DNA of 32,000 nucleotides from Promethearchaeota archaeon (GTDB lineage Archaea > Asgardarchaeota > Lokiarchaeia > Sigyniarchaeales > Promethearchaeaceae). The stretch covers positions 322,018 through 354,017 of the forward strand of contig JAFGBS010000028.1 in assembly GCA_016933055.1 (NCBI GenBank), read 5' to 3'. How positions within the stretch are numbered: position 1 is the first letter of the stretch; each line of letters begins with the position of its first letter. Both the position numbers and the translations under genes were made by a program. Below are positions 9,329 through 18,768 of the stretch, piece by piece. The notes below the pieces were generated by a model, which did no database searches, was not told the origin of the DNA, and worked only from the letters and a program-made list of their open reading frames with translations.

Positions 9329-9527
9329 AATAGATAGCTAGTGAATTCAATACAATAGTTTTGGATTTGCTTTTTTCTTTGACAAATTTTTAAACCCAAA
9401 ATTTCCTGGATAGGATTTTTGTTCCTCGAAATTTCAATCACAATAGTAATCATACTTAATTTGTAACTTGTAAATCAAATTAAAGGAAAGAAAATCTTAA
9501 AGGTTTTAAAATTCAACTTCTTTTTAA

Positions 9528-11762
9528 ATGGCTGGAATTCCAGATTTTATACAGATTGGATTGTATGTAATACTAGCAGTGTTTCTTTCTGGAATCACAC
9601 TTTACACTATTCAGCGACGTAATGATCCTAAAGCATTGATTTTTTCTTTTGGGCTCCTTTTTCAAATTATATGGATTTTAGCTTTTATATTTGAGATATT
9701 AGCACCAACAACCGAAATTAAATTATTCTTTGATACAATAATCATATTCTCCTCTTATTTTGTTGGAACCTCTTATTTCTTATTTGCACTAGAGTATAAT
9801 GGATTTAGTTTCAAGAAGCATTACAAGTTCTTTTATTTTGTCTTAATATATTCCGCTTTATTGGTATTACCAGTTCTAATTTTTCCAAATCAAGAGTGGA
9901 TGCGCACAAATATTCGCTCAAACGGAGTGTTTTCGATTATTCGATACGGAAATGGAATTTATTTGAACATCCTTATTATAGAGGTATATCTAAAGATTTT
10001 TTTTACATTTTTTTTGTTCATTCGAAATTTGTTTTTAAAATCAAAATCATCACTAGTAAAAATCCAATCTATTATAATAGATTCAAGTTATCTATTATTA
10101 TTTTTTGCTTCAATAGTGAGTATTTGGTCAGAACAGCTCGGTATTGTGGAAAGATTCATTAGTTTCTATCTTTTAGGCTTGATTCTCGCTAGTATATTCA
10201 TTTTTATTGCTGTGTTTCCTTTACGCACTTTTGAAGTTCTCCCTTCAGCTCATAATCTCATTTTGGATAATATTGGGGATGGATATTGTGTATTTAATGT
10301 GAAAAGTCAGCTGGTAGAGATAAATGAGGAATTAATGAACATACTTGGGATATTAAATAAATCTAGTGTTTCGGGGAAGACTCCGGTGGAGCTTTTTTCA
10401 CATCTACCAGATCTTAAGAAACTGGCAAATACCCCTCAGAATGTAGCAACAGAATTAAATATAGCATTATGGGATAAGATCCACTATTTTGAAGCACAAA
10501 AAGTGTTGATATTCCAGAGAAAGCGAAAATTGGGGTTTGTATTAATATTTCATGATATATCAGAACGGAAGGAATTCGAACAAAATCTAAAAGCTTCCAA
10601 AGAAGAATTAGAACAAAAATTCTTGCATTCCCAAAAAATGGACACCATCGGACAGATGGCAGGGGGAATTGCTCACGATTTTAATAATATACTAACAGTA
10701 ATTCTCGGTAACGCGGAATTACTAGAACATAATCTCCAAGATAATTATGAAAATCAGATTTTAGTAAGAGAACTATCAAATGCGGCTAAAAATGCTTCCC
10801 GAATGACTAAAAAACTTCTTACATTTAGTAGAAAAAATATAATTCATCCAAAAGTATTCAATATTAACACATTTCTTCAAAAAATGAAAGACCCTATCTA
10901 CCGCTTAGTAAGTAAGGACACGGATGTTGAAATTATAGTTAAACTTGACCCCACCATTGAACATATTTTTGTCGATATGGGGTTGATGGAGCAAATCCTC
11001 CTCAATTTAGTGCTAAATTCTAAAGATGCTATGCCAAATGGGGGAATTTTGGAAATATCAACCAACCCATTTAAAATTACTCATGAGATAAAGCATTTAT
11101 TTCCTGAAACAAATCAAAGGGACTTTGTATGTATTACTGTCAAGGATACTGGAATCGGTATGACTGACGAAGTAAAAGAGCATTTATTTGAACCGTTCTT
11201 CACAACAAAACCTAAGGGATCAGGAACTGGACTTGGATTATCCATGGTATATGGAGCTGTTAAGCAATTCCAAGGATTTATTAATGTGGTTTCGAGTCTT
11301 GGAAAAGGAACATCCGTTCAGATTTATATTCCCATTTTTGGGGGTAAATTGCCAAAAGTCCACACAGCCGAGAATACGATACTTAAAGGAAAAGGTGAGC
11401 TTATAGTTTTAGTGGAAGATGATACTGCAGTTCGAAATATTACCCAAAAGATGCTAAACCAATTAGGATATAGAGTTTTGAGTTTTGGAAGTGGTATGGA
11501 AGCATTTGATGCATTGAAGGATGCAAAACATTCATTCGCGTTGTTATTTACCGATATCGTTATGCCCGGAATGAAAGGACATGAATTATTTGAAAAACTA
11601 AAGGAAATGTATCCAGATTTAAAAGTACTTTACGTTTCTGGATATACAGATAAAATAATTGCCCAATATGGTGTACTTTTTAAGGATACGAATTTTATAT
11701 CGAAACCCTTCTCTATTGATATATTAGCTGAGAAAATTTATGACATAATTCAAGAAAAATAA
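9528..11762 (+). CDS. Hybrid sensor histidine kinase/response regulator (7TM-PAS-HisKA-HATPase-REC)
   Basis: About 7 hydrophobic helices; PAS-like segment (LDNIGDG...N); H-box MAGGIAHDFNNILT; N-box QILLNLVLNSKDAM; DTGIG; EPFFTTK; GTGLGL; receiver LVEDD...FTDIVMPGMKG...SKPF. Confidence 0.95.
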   Translation: MAGIPDFIQIGLYVILAVFLSGITLYTIQRRNDPKALIFSFGLLFQIIWILAFIFEILAPTTEIKLFFDTIIIFSSYFVGTSYFLFALEYNGFSFKKHYKFFYFVLIYSALLVLPVLIFPNQEWMRTNIRSNGVFSIIRYGNGIYLNILIIEVYLKIFFTFFLFIRNLFLKSKSSLVKIQSIIIDSSYLLLFFASIVSIWSEQLGIVERFISFYLLGLILASIFIFIAVFPLRTFEVLPSAHNLILDNIGDGYCVFNVKSQLVEINEELMNILGILNKSSVSGKTPVELFSHLPDLKKLANTPQNVATELNIALWDKIHYFEAQKVLIFQRKRKLGFVLIFHDISERKEFEQNLKASKEELEQKFLHSQKMDTIGQMAGGIAHDFNNILTVILGNAELLEHNLQDNYENQILVRELSNAAKNASRMTKKLLTFSRKNIIHPKVFNINTFLQKMKDPIYRLVSKDTDVEIIVKLDPTIEHIFVDMGLMEQILLNLVLNSKDAMPNGGILEISTNPFKITHEIKHLFPETNQRDFVCITVKDTGIGMTDEVKEHLFEPFFTTKPKGSGTGLGLSMVYGAVKQFQGFINVVSSLGKGTSVQIYIPIFGGKLPKVHTAENTILKGKGELIVLVEDDTAVRNITQKMLNQLGYRVLSFGSGMEAFDALKDAKHSFALLFTDIVMPGMKGHELFEKLKEMYPDLKVLYVSGYTDKIIAQYGVLFKDTNFISKPFSIDILAEKIYDIIQEK

Positions 11763-11771
11763 ATCTAAAAA

Positions 11772-12548
11772 TTATTCGTGCCCCTTCCATGTTGTATATA
11801 TTATCAGACTAATGACGAAAAATGCAGTAAATCCTACACCAAGAATAACCCATAACCATATTTTATTATTTATTTTTGAAGTCGATGGATCACATGAATT
11901 GTTTTCAAAAAAATTATCATTTCCTCGGTCAAGGATGCATAAGTCGTGATTTTTTTCAATTTTATTATTGATAATAGTGTTTTCATGAGATCTTTTTAGA
12001 TAGATTCCATACCCCATATTTTGATAAATATTATTATTTTCAAGATGATTTCCATCAGATTCCAATAATTCTATACCTGCAAAGTCGTTTTGTGTAACGG
12101 TGGAACTTATTATAGTAGATTTATGAGTATTTAGGAGCATTATTCCAATATTATGATGTGTAACGGTGCAATTTTCTACTCTAATATTAGAACTTAGCCG
12201 AATCTCTATTGCATTTTTATCCGATATAGAGGAATCAATAGTTGTTATGGAGCAATTTCGCAATATGAGATGAAGATCTACATTTTGGATGAAAATTCCG
12301 TATTGTTTATTGGTGGTAAGGATACTACAATTTTCAATGATATGAGGATTATCCAAAGTTCCACTTGTTCCATTTCCTGCAACATAATTACCTAATTGCG
12401 CATTTCCATTTATAAAAATCACGTAGGGACTGTCGTCTGATGAACTTGGAAGTTCACCCGGTTCTGAACTTCCAGTTATTAAAGAAAGGATTGATAAGGT
12501 GAAAATAAAACTTAGAAAAAAATACGGAAAAAGCTTTCTGTTTTGCAT
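11772..12548 (-). CDS. Membrane-anchored parallel beta-helix (NosD/CASH-like) surface protein
   Basis: N-terminal signal/TM segment, repeated GI.L..S..N.I..N.I..N motifs, and C-terminal TM IWLWVILGVGFTAFFVISLIIY. Confidence 0.85.
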   Translation of the reverse strand: MQNRKLFPYFFLSFIFTLSILSLITGSSEPGELPSSSDDSPYVIFINGNAQLGNYVAGNGTSGTLDNPHIIENCSILTTNKQYGIFIQNVDLHLILRNCSITTIDSSISDKNAIEIRLSSNIRVENCTVTHHNIGIMLLNTHKSTIISSTVTQNDFAGIELLESDGNHLENNNIYQNMGYGIYLKRSHENTIINNKIEKNHDLCILDRGNDNFFENNSCDPSTSKINNKIWLWVILGVGFTAFFVISLIIYTTWKGHE

Positions 12549-12695
12549 ATTTTTAACTCAGTTATTTTTCTCAAAAAAAAATAAGTAAGGGGCGCTTTAA
12601 AAGGTAATTTTGCGTTTTTTTATGTTTTTTGATGTATTATTCGAATTCTAAGTATCTAGATTCATCATTTTAGTTTTCAGTATATTGATGACAAA

Positions 12696-13232
12696 TCAAC
12701 CGATTTTCTGAAATTTTAGGATTTCTCCAAAATCTTGTTGGTGAATAAACATTCCATCACTTTTAATAAGCGTTTTCAAGTTTTCTATCGATAAATGGTC
12801 GGGTTTTATGAATAATTTCCCCCCAGTTTTTAGTAATCGGTGTAATTCTTTCATTAAACGGCTTTTTTCCTCAACTAAATGTAATACATCAAATAATAAT
12901 ACAACATCCATTTGCTGATCTCTTAATCCTGTATTTATATTAGCCAATATCGTCGTTACATTACTTATTTTTTTGTGTTTTGCTTTTTGGTCGATAATTT
13001 TTTTTGACATCGGATGAATATCTACCGCTATGACCTCACCAGAGCTTCCCACCAATTGAGCTGCAGGAATAGTGAATACTCCGGGACCGGCACCATAATC
13101 TAATATCTTTTGACCGTCTTTTAATCCAATTTCCTGAAGAATTTGCATAGGTTTAAGTGTGACTGCTCGAAAACTCATCCAGAAGGACATTATGCGGTAC
13201 ATCAGATTTGATTTTTTTTTATGTTTTTTCAT
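12696..13232 (-). CDS. Class I SAM-dependent methyltransferase
   Basis: ILDYGAGPG motif I, AVDI, DVVLLFDVLH and LLKTGGKL. Confidence 0.9.
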   Translation of the reverse strand: MKKHKKKSNLMYRIMSFWMSFRAVTLKPMQILQEIGLKDGQKILDYGAGPGVFTIPAAQLVGSSGEVIAVDIHPMSKKIIDQKAKHKKISNVTTILANINTGLRDQQMDVVLLFDVLHLVEEKSRLMKELHRLLKTGGKLFIKPDHLSIENLKTLIKSDGMFIHQQDFGEILKFQKIG

Positions 13233-13257
13233 GAAGATTTACACGAGTTTCATTATT

Positions 13258-13800
13258 CTAACGTGGATGTATGGAATCAAATGTATCCATCATCTGTATT
13301 AATAGTTCTAAGTATTTATTGAATGTTGTATGGGTTAGGATAGGTGTAAAGAAAAATTCAGCTTTATTGATTTCAGCAATTTCAGTGACGTATTCAGTAT
13401 CAATGTCTGAAGTATCCATATCTTTGAATTTCGAACCGATTAATATTATGGGAATTTCAGGAACTTTGGTGCGAATTGGTGCGAAAAATGGCGCTAACGC
13501 ATCAAGAGAAGAAATATCGGTGGTATCATACAAACCAACAGCGCCACTACTACCAGACGAGAATTTTTCTATAAATTTCGACACTGATTCATAAGGACCG
13601 AGATCAACAATTTGCAAGGTGATGTTTCTTCCCTGGAATTTATGATTACAAACTAAGAATTCCGCTCCAATTGCGTACAGTGACCCGGTTTTTTTAAAAC
13701 CACTATCAAGTAAGGGATAAATGAGGGATAATTTTAACTCTCCAGTTAATCCAAATAAGAGAATTTTGTAAAGATTCCGCATATGTTCTCCCATCACCAT
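13258..13800 (-). CDS. Rab/Ras-like small-GTPase-fold protein with degenerate G motifs
   Basis: Collinear with Rab scaffolds: YKILLFG, IGAEF, ITLQIVDLG, GAVGLYDTT...S, EIPIILIGSK. G1, G2, G3 and G5 are altered. Confidence 0.8.
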   Translation of the reverse strand: MVMGEHMRNLYKILLFGLTGELKLSLIYPLLDSGFKKTGSLYAIGAEFLVCNHKFQGRNITLQIVDLGPYESVSKFIEKFSSGSSGAVGLYDTTDISSLDALAPFFAPIRTKVPEIPIILIGSKFKDMDTSDIDTEYVTEIAEINKAEFFFTPILTHTTFNKYLELLIQMMDTFDSIHPR

Positions 13801-13912
13801 TCTAGGTAAAGATACTCATTGATAAATGTATTGTTGTCAACTGAGTAGTAAAACTCATTTAGTTATTCAATTTCTATTTTGGAATTTTGCGTTATTTCAA
13901 GTATTGTTGATT

Positions 13913-14455
13913 TTATAACCATTGTTTTGAATATTCGTACTTCGAGAGGGTTCTTCTAAATGGAATATCGAATAAAAATTTTCTAAAAGAGGGACAGCGT
14001 TGTACGATGGGTATTGTGCTTGATATTTCAACAACCGGTAAATCTGGACTGCGCAAATCTAAGTAGAAATTTCCATTATCATTTCCTAAGCAATCAATTC
14101 CGAATAAGAAAAAATCCTCAGCCCTACCCTCGTGATCTTCAGGCAATTTGAAAAATCCATACAATTTTCGTTTATGAATCTCCTTATAAAAAGTTAAAAC
14201 GGAATTATAATCAATTCGTATCTTCATATTCATGAATCGTGTGTTTTCTGCGGGTTCGTTCGTTCCATATTTTCTACGACTCCCATAGACTCTCCCAGTA
14301 TCATTACCCATGTATTTTAAGAAAGTTACATAGTCATTCGGAATACTGATATGTACTAGTTTAGCTAATTTATCTATTTCCTTTTCTGTACAACCTTTTA
14401 CTTCCTCCTTGAAATCAGGATGCTCGTGAAATAACATATCAATAAGTTTTTCCAT
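13913..14455 (-). CDS. SMI1/KNR4 (SUKH) family protein
   Basis: GCTEKEIDKLAKLVHISIPNDYVTFLKYMG is the SUKH N-terminal signature; later FGID..GN..FYLDL...PVV...SFRKFL. Confidence 0.8.
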   Translation of the reverse strand: MEKLIDMLFHEHPDFKEEVKGCTEKEIDKLAKLVHISIPNDYVTFLKYMGNDTGRVYGSRRKYGTNEPAENTRFMNMKIRIDYNSVLTFYKEIHKRKLYGFFKLPEDHEGRAEDFFLFGIDCLGNDNGNFYLDLRSPDLPVVEISSTIPIVQRCPSFRKFLFDIPFRRTLSKYEYSKQWL

Positions 14456-14515
14456 TACTTTCGTAAAATTTATCTGCTTTTATATTTTTAACGAAAAAAG
14501 GAGAGAAGATGGATA

Positions 14516-14917
14516 TCATTTCTTTCGGTAACGAATAAGAAATTCAGTAAACAATATTCCATAAACTAAATCGACCAAGATCATAGCAACAAATAAGAAA
14601 TTGAATTCTCCCATAAAATAATGAACAAAAACTACAATATTTATTGCATATTTCTCGAATGCAAACATAAATATCATCCAATAATACTGTTGTGGATTGA
14701 AACTGACGGCTAGAAGACCTATCCCGATAGCAAATACCAATATCAAAAATCCTTGTATGAATACTTTGCTATCTGGAGGGGTCATATTGAATAAGGTGAT
14801 TCCAAAATTGAACGCAACAATTGTAATTACCATGAAGATCGTTCCAACTGCTAAATTCCAAACAGCTCCGCTCAAAAACAGAATTTTGTAATATCTTTTC
14901 TTATTCATTGATTTCAA
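14516..14917 (-). CDS. Hypothetical 4-TM membrane protein
   Basis: 133 aa with four hydrophobic helices and a conserved-looking GAVWN motif. Confidence 0.75.
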   Translation of the reverse strand: MKSMNKKRYYKILFLSGAVWNLAVGTIFMVITIVAFNFGITLFNMTPPDSKVFIQGFLILVFAIGIGLLAVSFNPQQYYWMIFMFAFEKYAINIVVFVHYFMGEFNFLFVAMILVDLVYGILFTEFLIRYRKK

Positions 14918-14969
14918 TCCATAGTTACTTTTTCTATTAATAAATCTATACGTGGTTACTCACAGCAAA

Positions 14970-14977
14970 TTTATATG
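14970..14977 (+). promoter_or_regulatory. TATA-box-like element for a leaderless start at 15002
   Basis: TTTATATG lies 32 nt upstream of ATG 15002, preceded by purine-rich GCAAA. Confidence 0.45.
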
Positions 14978-16252
14978 AACAAAGGACGTAAGGAAATAGA
15001 TATGACAAAATTACTCATTTTGGGTGCTGCCGGGGATATGGGTAGCTATGCATTAAAATTATCTACCAAATTTGATCTCTATACCCATATCACTCTAGGA
15101 GATATAAACGAAAAACGCGCTAGAGAATTAATGGAGGAAATTAAGGATCCTAGATTAGATTTCGAAAGGGTGGACGCATATAATCACGATGAACTGGTAA
15201 AATTAATGCAACAATATGACATTATTATTTCTGCTATAGGGCCCTTTTATATATTTGGTCCATTGGTGACAAGTGCAGCAATAAAATCACGAAGACCACT
15301 TATCGATATCTGTGATGATTATGGTCCTACTATCGAAATTTTGAAAATGGATGAAGATGCGAAAGAAATAGGCGTTCCCATTTTTCTTGGTTATGGATGG
15401 ACTCCTGGGACGACTAATATACTCACAAGGTATGGATATAACAAGTTAGATAAAGATTCACCTATCAAATGCAATATCAGTTGGGCTGGAGGAGCTGCTG
15501 ACTCAGAAGGTTTAGCAGTTGTTTTACATGTCCTATATGCTGTAACTGGTAAAGTACCAAGCTATCTAAATGGTAAAATGATAGATGTTCTCGCCGGGGA
15601 TGGATTTGAAAAAGTGGAATTTCCTGCACCTCTTAATGATGTTACTGTGTTTGATTGTGGTCATCCGGAGCCCGTAACAATTCCAAAGTACTTAGAAAAT
15701 ATTGAAGAATGTACATTAAAAGGTGGATTAACTCCGGAATGGAATAATAATTTTGCAGCTGGTCTGAAAGGACTCGGTCTAATAAATACTCCTAAAATGC
15801 AAAAATTTTTTGGCAAAATTATCCACAAATTTGAAGCAATATTCGAAAAAGGAGGAGGCATAGAAGCAAGCTCAGCGAGGGTGGATTTATGGGGGAAGTT
15901 GGATGGAAAAAATGTTCATCTTGCATATGCGACTCCATCTATCCCCATGGGTGAGCTTACAGGGTATCCAGCAGCAATTACTGCAAAATTATTTGCAGAA
16001 GGCAAAATATCAGGAACGGGTATTATTCCACCCGAAGTACAAGATCCCAAGTTATTCTTAGATGAACTTGAGAAAATCGGGATCAAGATGGTGTACGATG
16101 ACGATGGACAATTGAAAAGACTAAAGAAGAATCGCAAAATACAGAAACCTAAAGGAAAGCACATAGCTTGGTCTGCATTACTGGTTTTACTAGGATTAGT
16201 CCCTCTTGCAATAATAGCTACGATAATTGCTCTTTTGATAGTACTTATATAA
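14975..16252 (+). CDS. Saccharopine dehydrogenase-family NAD(P)-dependent oxidoreductase with C-terminal membrane anchor
   Basis: LILGAAGDMG Rossmann motif, AIGPFY, IDICDD, GWTPGTTN and GHPEPVTIP. Likely start is ATG 15002. Confidence 0.88.
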   Translation: MNKGRKEIDMTKLLILGAAGDMGSYALKLSTKFDLYTHITLGDINEKRARELMEEIKDPRLDFERVDAYNHDELVKLMQQYDIIISAIGPFYIFGPLVTSAAIKSRRPLIDICDDYGPTIEILKMDEDAKEIGVPIFLGYGWTPGTTNILTRYGYNKLDKDSPIKCNISWAGGAADSEGLAVVLHVLYAVTGKVPSYLNGKMIDVLAGDGFEKVEFPAPLNDVTVFDCGHPEPVTIPKYLENIEECTLKGGLTPEWNNNFAAGLKGLGLINTPKMQKFFGKIIHKFEAIFEKGGGIEASSARVDLWGKLDGKNVHLAYATPSIPMGELTGYPAAITAKLFAEGKISGTGIIPPEVQDPKLFLDELEKIGIKMVYDDDGQLKRLKKNRKIQKPKGKHIAWSALLVLLGLVPLAIIATIIALLIVLI

Positions 16253-16362
16253 TTCACTTTTTTTTACTTGGTAAATTAGGCGCCGTGGTTTAGGATAATG
16301 ATTTTTGACTATTTCATTCCCTTAACTACACTACAAGCCGATTCCGTAATTCAATAGAACAA

Positions 16363-16520
16363 CTACATAGGTTATAGCGTAGGTGTGCCTCAGACCCTCT
16401 TGGTTTTTGGTTCTGATGTTTAACGGAATTTTATGATCGTTTTACGTTAAAGGGATTACCTATTCGCTCGAAAGGGCAGAATAGGTGTTGATTAACTAAA
16501 TCATTTTTAGAAATCCTCTT
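16363..16520 (+). ncRNA. Candidate structured RNA element A (unassigned)
   Basis: Back-to-back hairpins, including ACCUAUUC-GCUC-GAAA-GGGC-A-GAAUAGGU (16458-16486, GNRA loop). A G-U pair favours the + strand. Confidence 0.35.
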
Positions 16521-16636
16521 AAATACCCCTTTCAGCTAAACTGCAACATTATTTATCAATTTTGATAAATCCAATACAAATTCCTCATTAAAAAAATGAA
16601 AAAATAGAAGTTAAGTTGACAGTGAAGGTAATGAAA

Positions 16637-17419
16637 TTATTGGGGTTGATAGGGGACGGGTTCCCATGTAATTGATACGGGAGGGATAGAACTTGGAAGA
16701 TGACCTATTGCCCAATACCCAGTGCACTCACAAGTGTAATAGAAATCACCATCTATATATAGATAGAATGGTGTGTAATAGTCATTACGATCAAAAGTGT
16801 GCACAGGGGGGCTTTCCATCTTGATTGCAGCGAATGCGTGGTTTGGTGAATAACATATTACTACTTCATACCCCAATGCTTTTGCTAGTGACAAGAAGAA
16901 TATCGCAGAATCTTCACAATCACCACCACCCTCACATAATGTTTCAATCGGGAATTTTGCACCAGAACTCTCAGCATCATATATGTATTTCATGGACGCG
17001 TTATTTGGACCACGATCTTGAACGAATGATAAAATCCCTCGAATCACACATTCATCATCATCTGGATAATCCACATGATCTCGAATATATTCTGCTACAA
17101 ATCGAACACTATCAGGACGGACAAATGATGGATAGGGGATTTCGCGATTTACTTCGATACGAAAATGGTAATATAATGCGAAAGGTACTAAAAAACTAAT
17201 TTGCTGGGAACTTTCATTATACGCACGATTGAAAGTTCCTTCTATGTGCATGTCCTGTTCGATTAGTGTGATTTCTTCTGGAGTTTCTATAACGGGTTCT
17301 GGTCCAAAAAATTCCAACCCTAAAAACGTAAAAAACCCTACTCCGAATGAAAAAGTTGTCACACTCAGCACAATAATCGCAATAAGTTTAGTTTTTGCTG
17401 AACGAGATATTTCTGCCAT
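16637..17419 (-). CDS. Membrane-anchored transglutaminase-like cysteine protease
   Basis: N-terminal TM; ILSFVQ...Y..D, KFPIETL.EGGGDCEDSAI (Cys), PNHA (His) and CECT. Confidence 0.85.
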   Translation of the reverse strand: MAEISRSAKTKLIAIIVLSVTTFSFGVGFFTFLGLEFFGPEPVIETPEEITLIEQDMHIEGTFNRAYNESSQQISFLVPFALYYHFRIEVNREIPYPSFVRPDSVRFVAEYIRDHVDYPDDDECVIRGILSFVQDRGPNNASMKYIYDAESSGAKFPIETLCEGGGDCEDSAIFFLSLAKALGYEVVICYSPNHAFAAIKMESPPVHTFDRNDYYTPFYLYIDGDFYYTCECTGYWAIGHLPSSIPPVSITWEPVPYQPQ

Positions 17420-17515
17420 ATCGGAATATTATTGCTACGAAAATTAAATATTTTCTTTTCTACTAGCAGAAAATTCACTATTAAGTAAGTAATTTTCAGT
17501 CAAACAATGTAAAAC

Positions 17516-17749
17516 TTAAATATTAAACGAATTAACAAATTGGTTGGGAATTTTTGTGTCTCTTATGATGAAATTTCGATCAATTTCCACGATAACAGCG
17601 TGCGGTCCGTCTTTATCCCCCAAGTCCCCATGAGCATGCACTACAGTTATGATTTCTTTATTTTCATCCTTGAAATCATCCTCTTCAACCTCAATCCGTA
17701 ATAATTTAGAACATTGCTTACAGTTGACTAAAATTGTACGAGTCCCCAT
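17516..17749 (-). CDS. Small putative Zn-binding protein (CxxC...HG...PH...IDRN family), copy 1
   Basis: 77 aa with CKQC, HAHG and PHAVIVEIDRN. Paralogous to the ORFs at 23185 and 23494. Confidence 0.8.
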   Translation of the reverse strand: MGTRTILVNCKQCSKLLRIEVEEDDFKDENKEIITVVHAHGDLGDKDGPHAVIVEIDRNFIIRDTKIPNQFVNSFNI

Positions 17750-17772
17750 AATTATTTACCTATAATACACAT

Positions 17773-18690
17773 CTAACCTAAGAGGTTTTTGAGTGCGTTA
17801 AGTTGTTTTAAAAATTGCTGTTTTTGACGATCCCAGGTTGCAGAGGGAACGGAAATGGATTTTCGCAATTTTTGAGTATTTGCCTGAATCCACATTTTCA
17901 ATAACTCAAGTTTGTGGCTACCAGTTCGTAAGATTACAGTTATCCATCCTTGACTATTCTTAATACTCTGGAAAAATAGATCTCGGGTTTTAAAATTAAG
18001 ATGTATTTCATTAGGCTCGTTTAGGTCTACATTTAAGAGATTTGAAAGGAAATCAGAGCACATAATACCTATTAGCAATACAATTTGATTTAGCTCTTGG
18101 GATTTTTTATCGGAATAGGAAGCGTTTAGATAAACCAAGTAATCAAGTGCACCTAAGGAGACAAATTCATTACCTACGGTTAAATATTTACGGAAATCTT
18201 CAATAATATCCTTAACATCATCTGTTTTTTCAGCGATTTGCATCAATAAAGCCGAAGATTGGAATCCCAAAATCGTTTGTGTCATCGTATTGAGAGTTCC
18301 TTCCAATTCTAGGGATTTGCAATTTTCGATAATCGCATTTAGTTTATTAAAATACCCTTCTAGGAGGGGAAACAATTCTTGCACATTGACACGTTGATAT
18401 ACCCATAATGCAATCAATCCGTTATGCGATTTCTTAATATTGGGAAGTGATTGAATTATTATTTTTTCATTGTTTCCTTCAAAAACCATATATTGTAGAG
18501 TATAATCCAAATGTACTGCTATGCTTAATGCGTTAGCGTAAATTCGAAGTAATTCAGGTGAAATATGTTCATCTAAACCTTTACTAGCCTCGCTATCAAC
18601 GAATAATTCTTTATTCGGGAGAAAAAGATATATCCCTTTTATTCCGATGACATATCGCATTTCATCTAGAATCTGTTTGATTTCATCCAA
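17773..18690 (-). CDS. Tandem roadblock/LAMTOR-like domain protein
   Basis: Domain 1 follows the roadblock pattern (ILDEMRYVIGIKGIYLF...LQYMVFEGNNEKIIIQSL...LIALWV...helix). The second half repeats it (LNTMTQTILGFQSSALL...PNEIHLNF...LFFQSI...ITVIL...helix). Confidence 0.65.
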   Translation of the reverse strand: MDEIKQILDEMRYVIGIKGIYLFLPNKELFVDSEASKGLDEHISPELLRIYANALSIAVHLDYTLQYMVFEGNNEKIIIQSLPNIKKSHNGLIALWVYQRVNVQELFPLLEGYFNKLNAIIENCKSLELEGTLNTMTQTILGFQSSALLMQIAEKTDDVKDIIEDFRKYLTVGNEFVSLGALDYLVYLNASYSDKKSQELNQIVLLIGIMCSDFLSNLLNVDLNEPNEIHLNFKTRDLFFQSIKNSQGWITVILRTGSHKLELLKMWIQANTQKLRKSISVPSATWDRQKQQFLKQLNALKNLLG

Positions 18691-18768
18691 TTATATAACC
18701 CTTGTTCTACATGTACTATTTCTTCGTATTAGTCTTTTCCTACCACCTTAATAAACTCACTAGCCTAA

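Noticed and set aside
16279-16320. GGCGCCGTGGTTTAG... looks like a tRNA 5' end
   Set aside because: No anticodon-stem pairing, no TTC T-loop and no complementary acceptor 3' strand.
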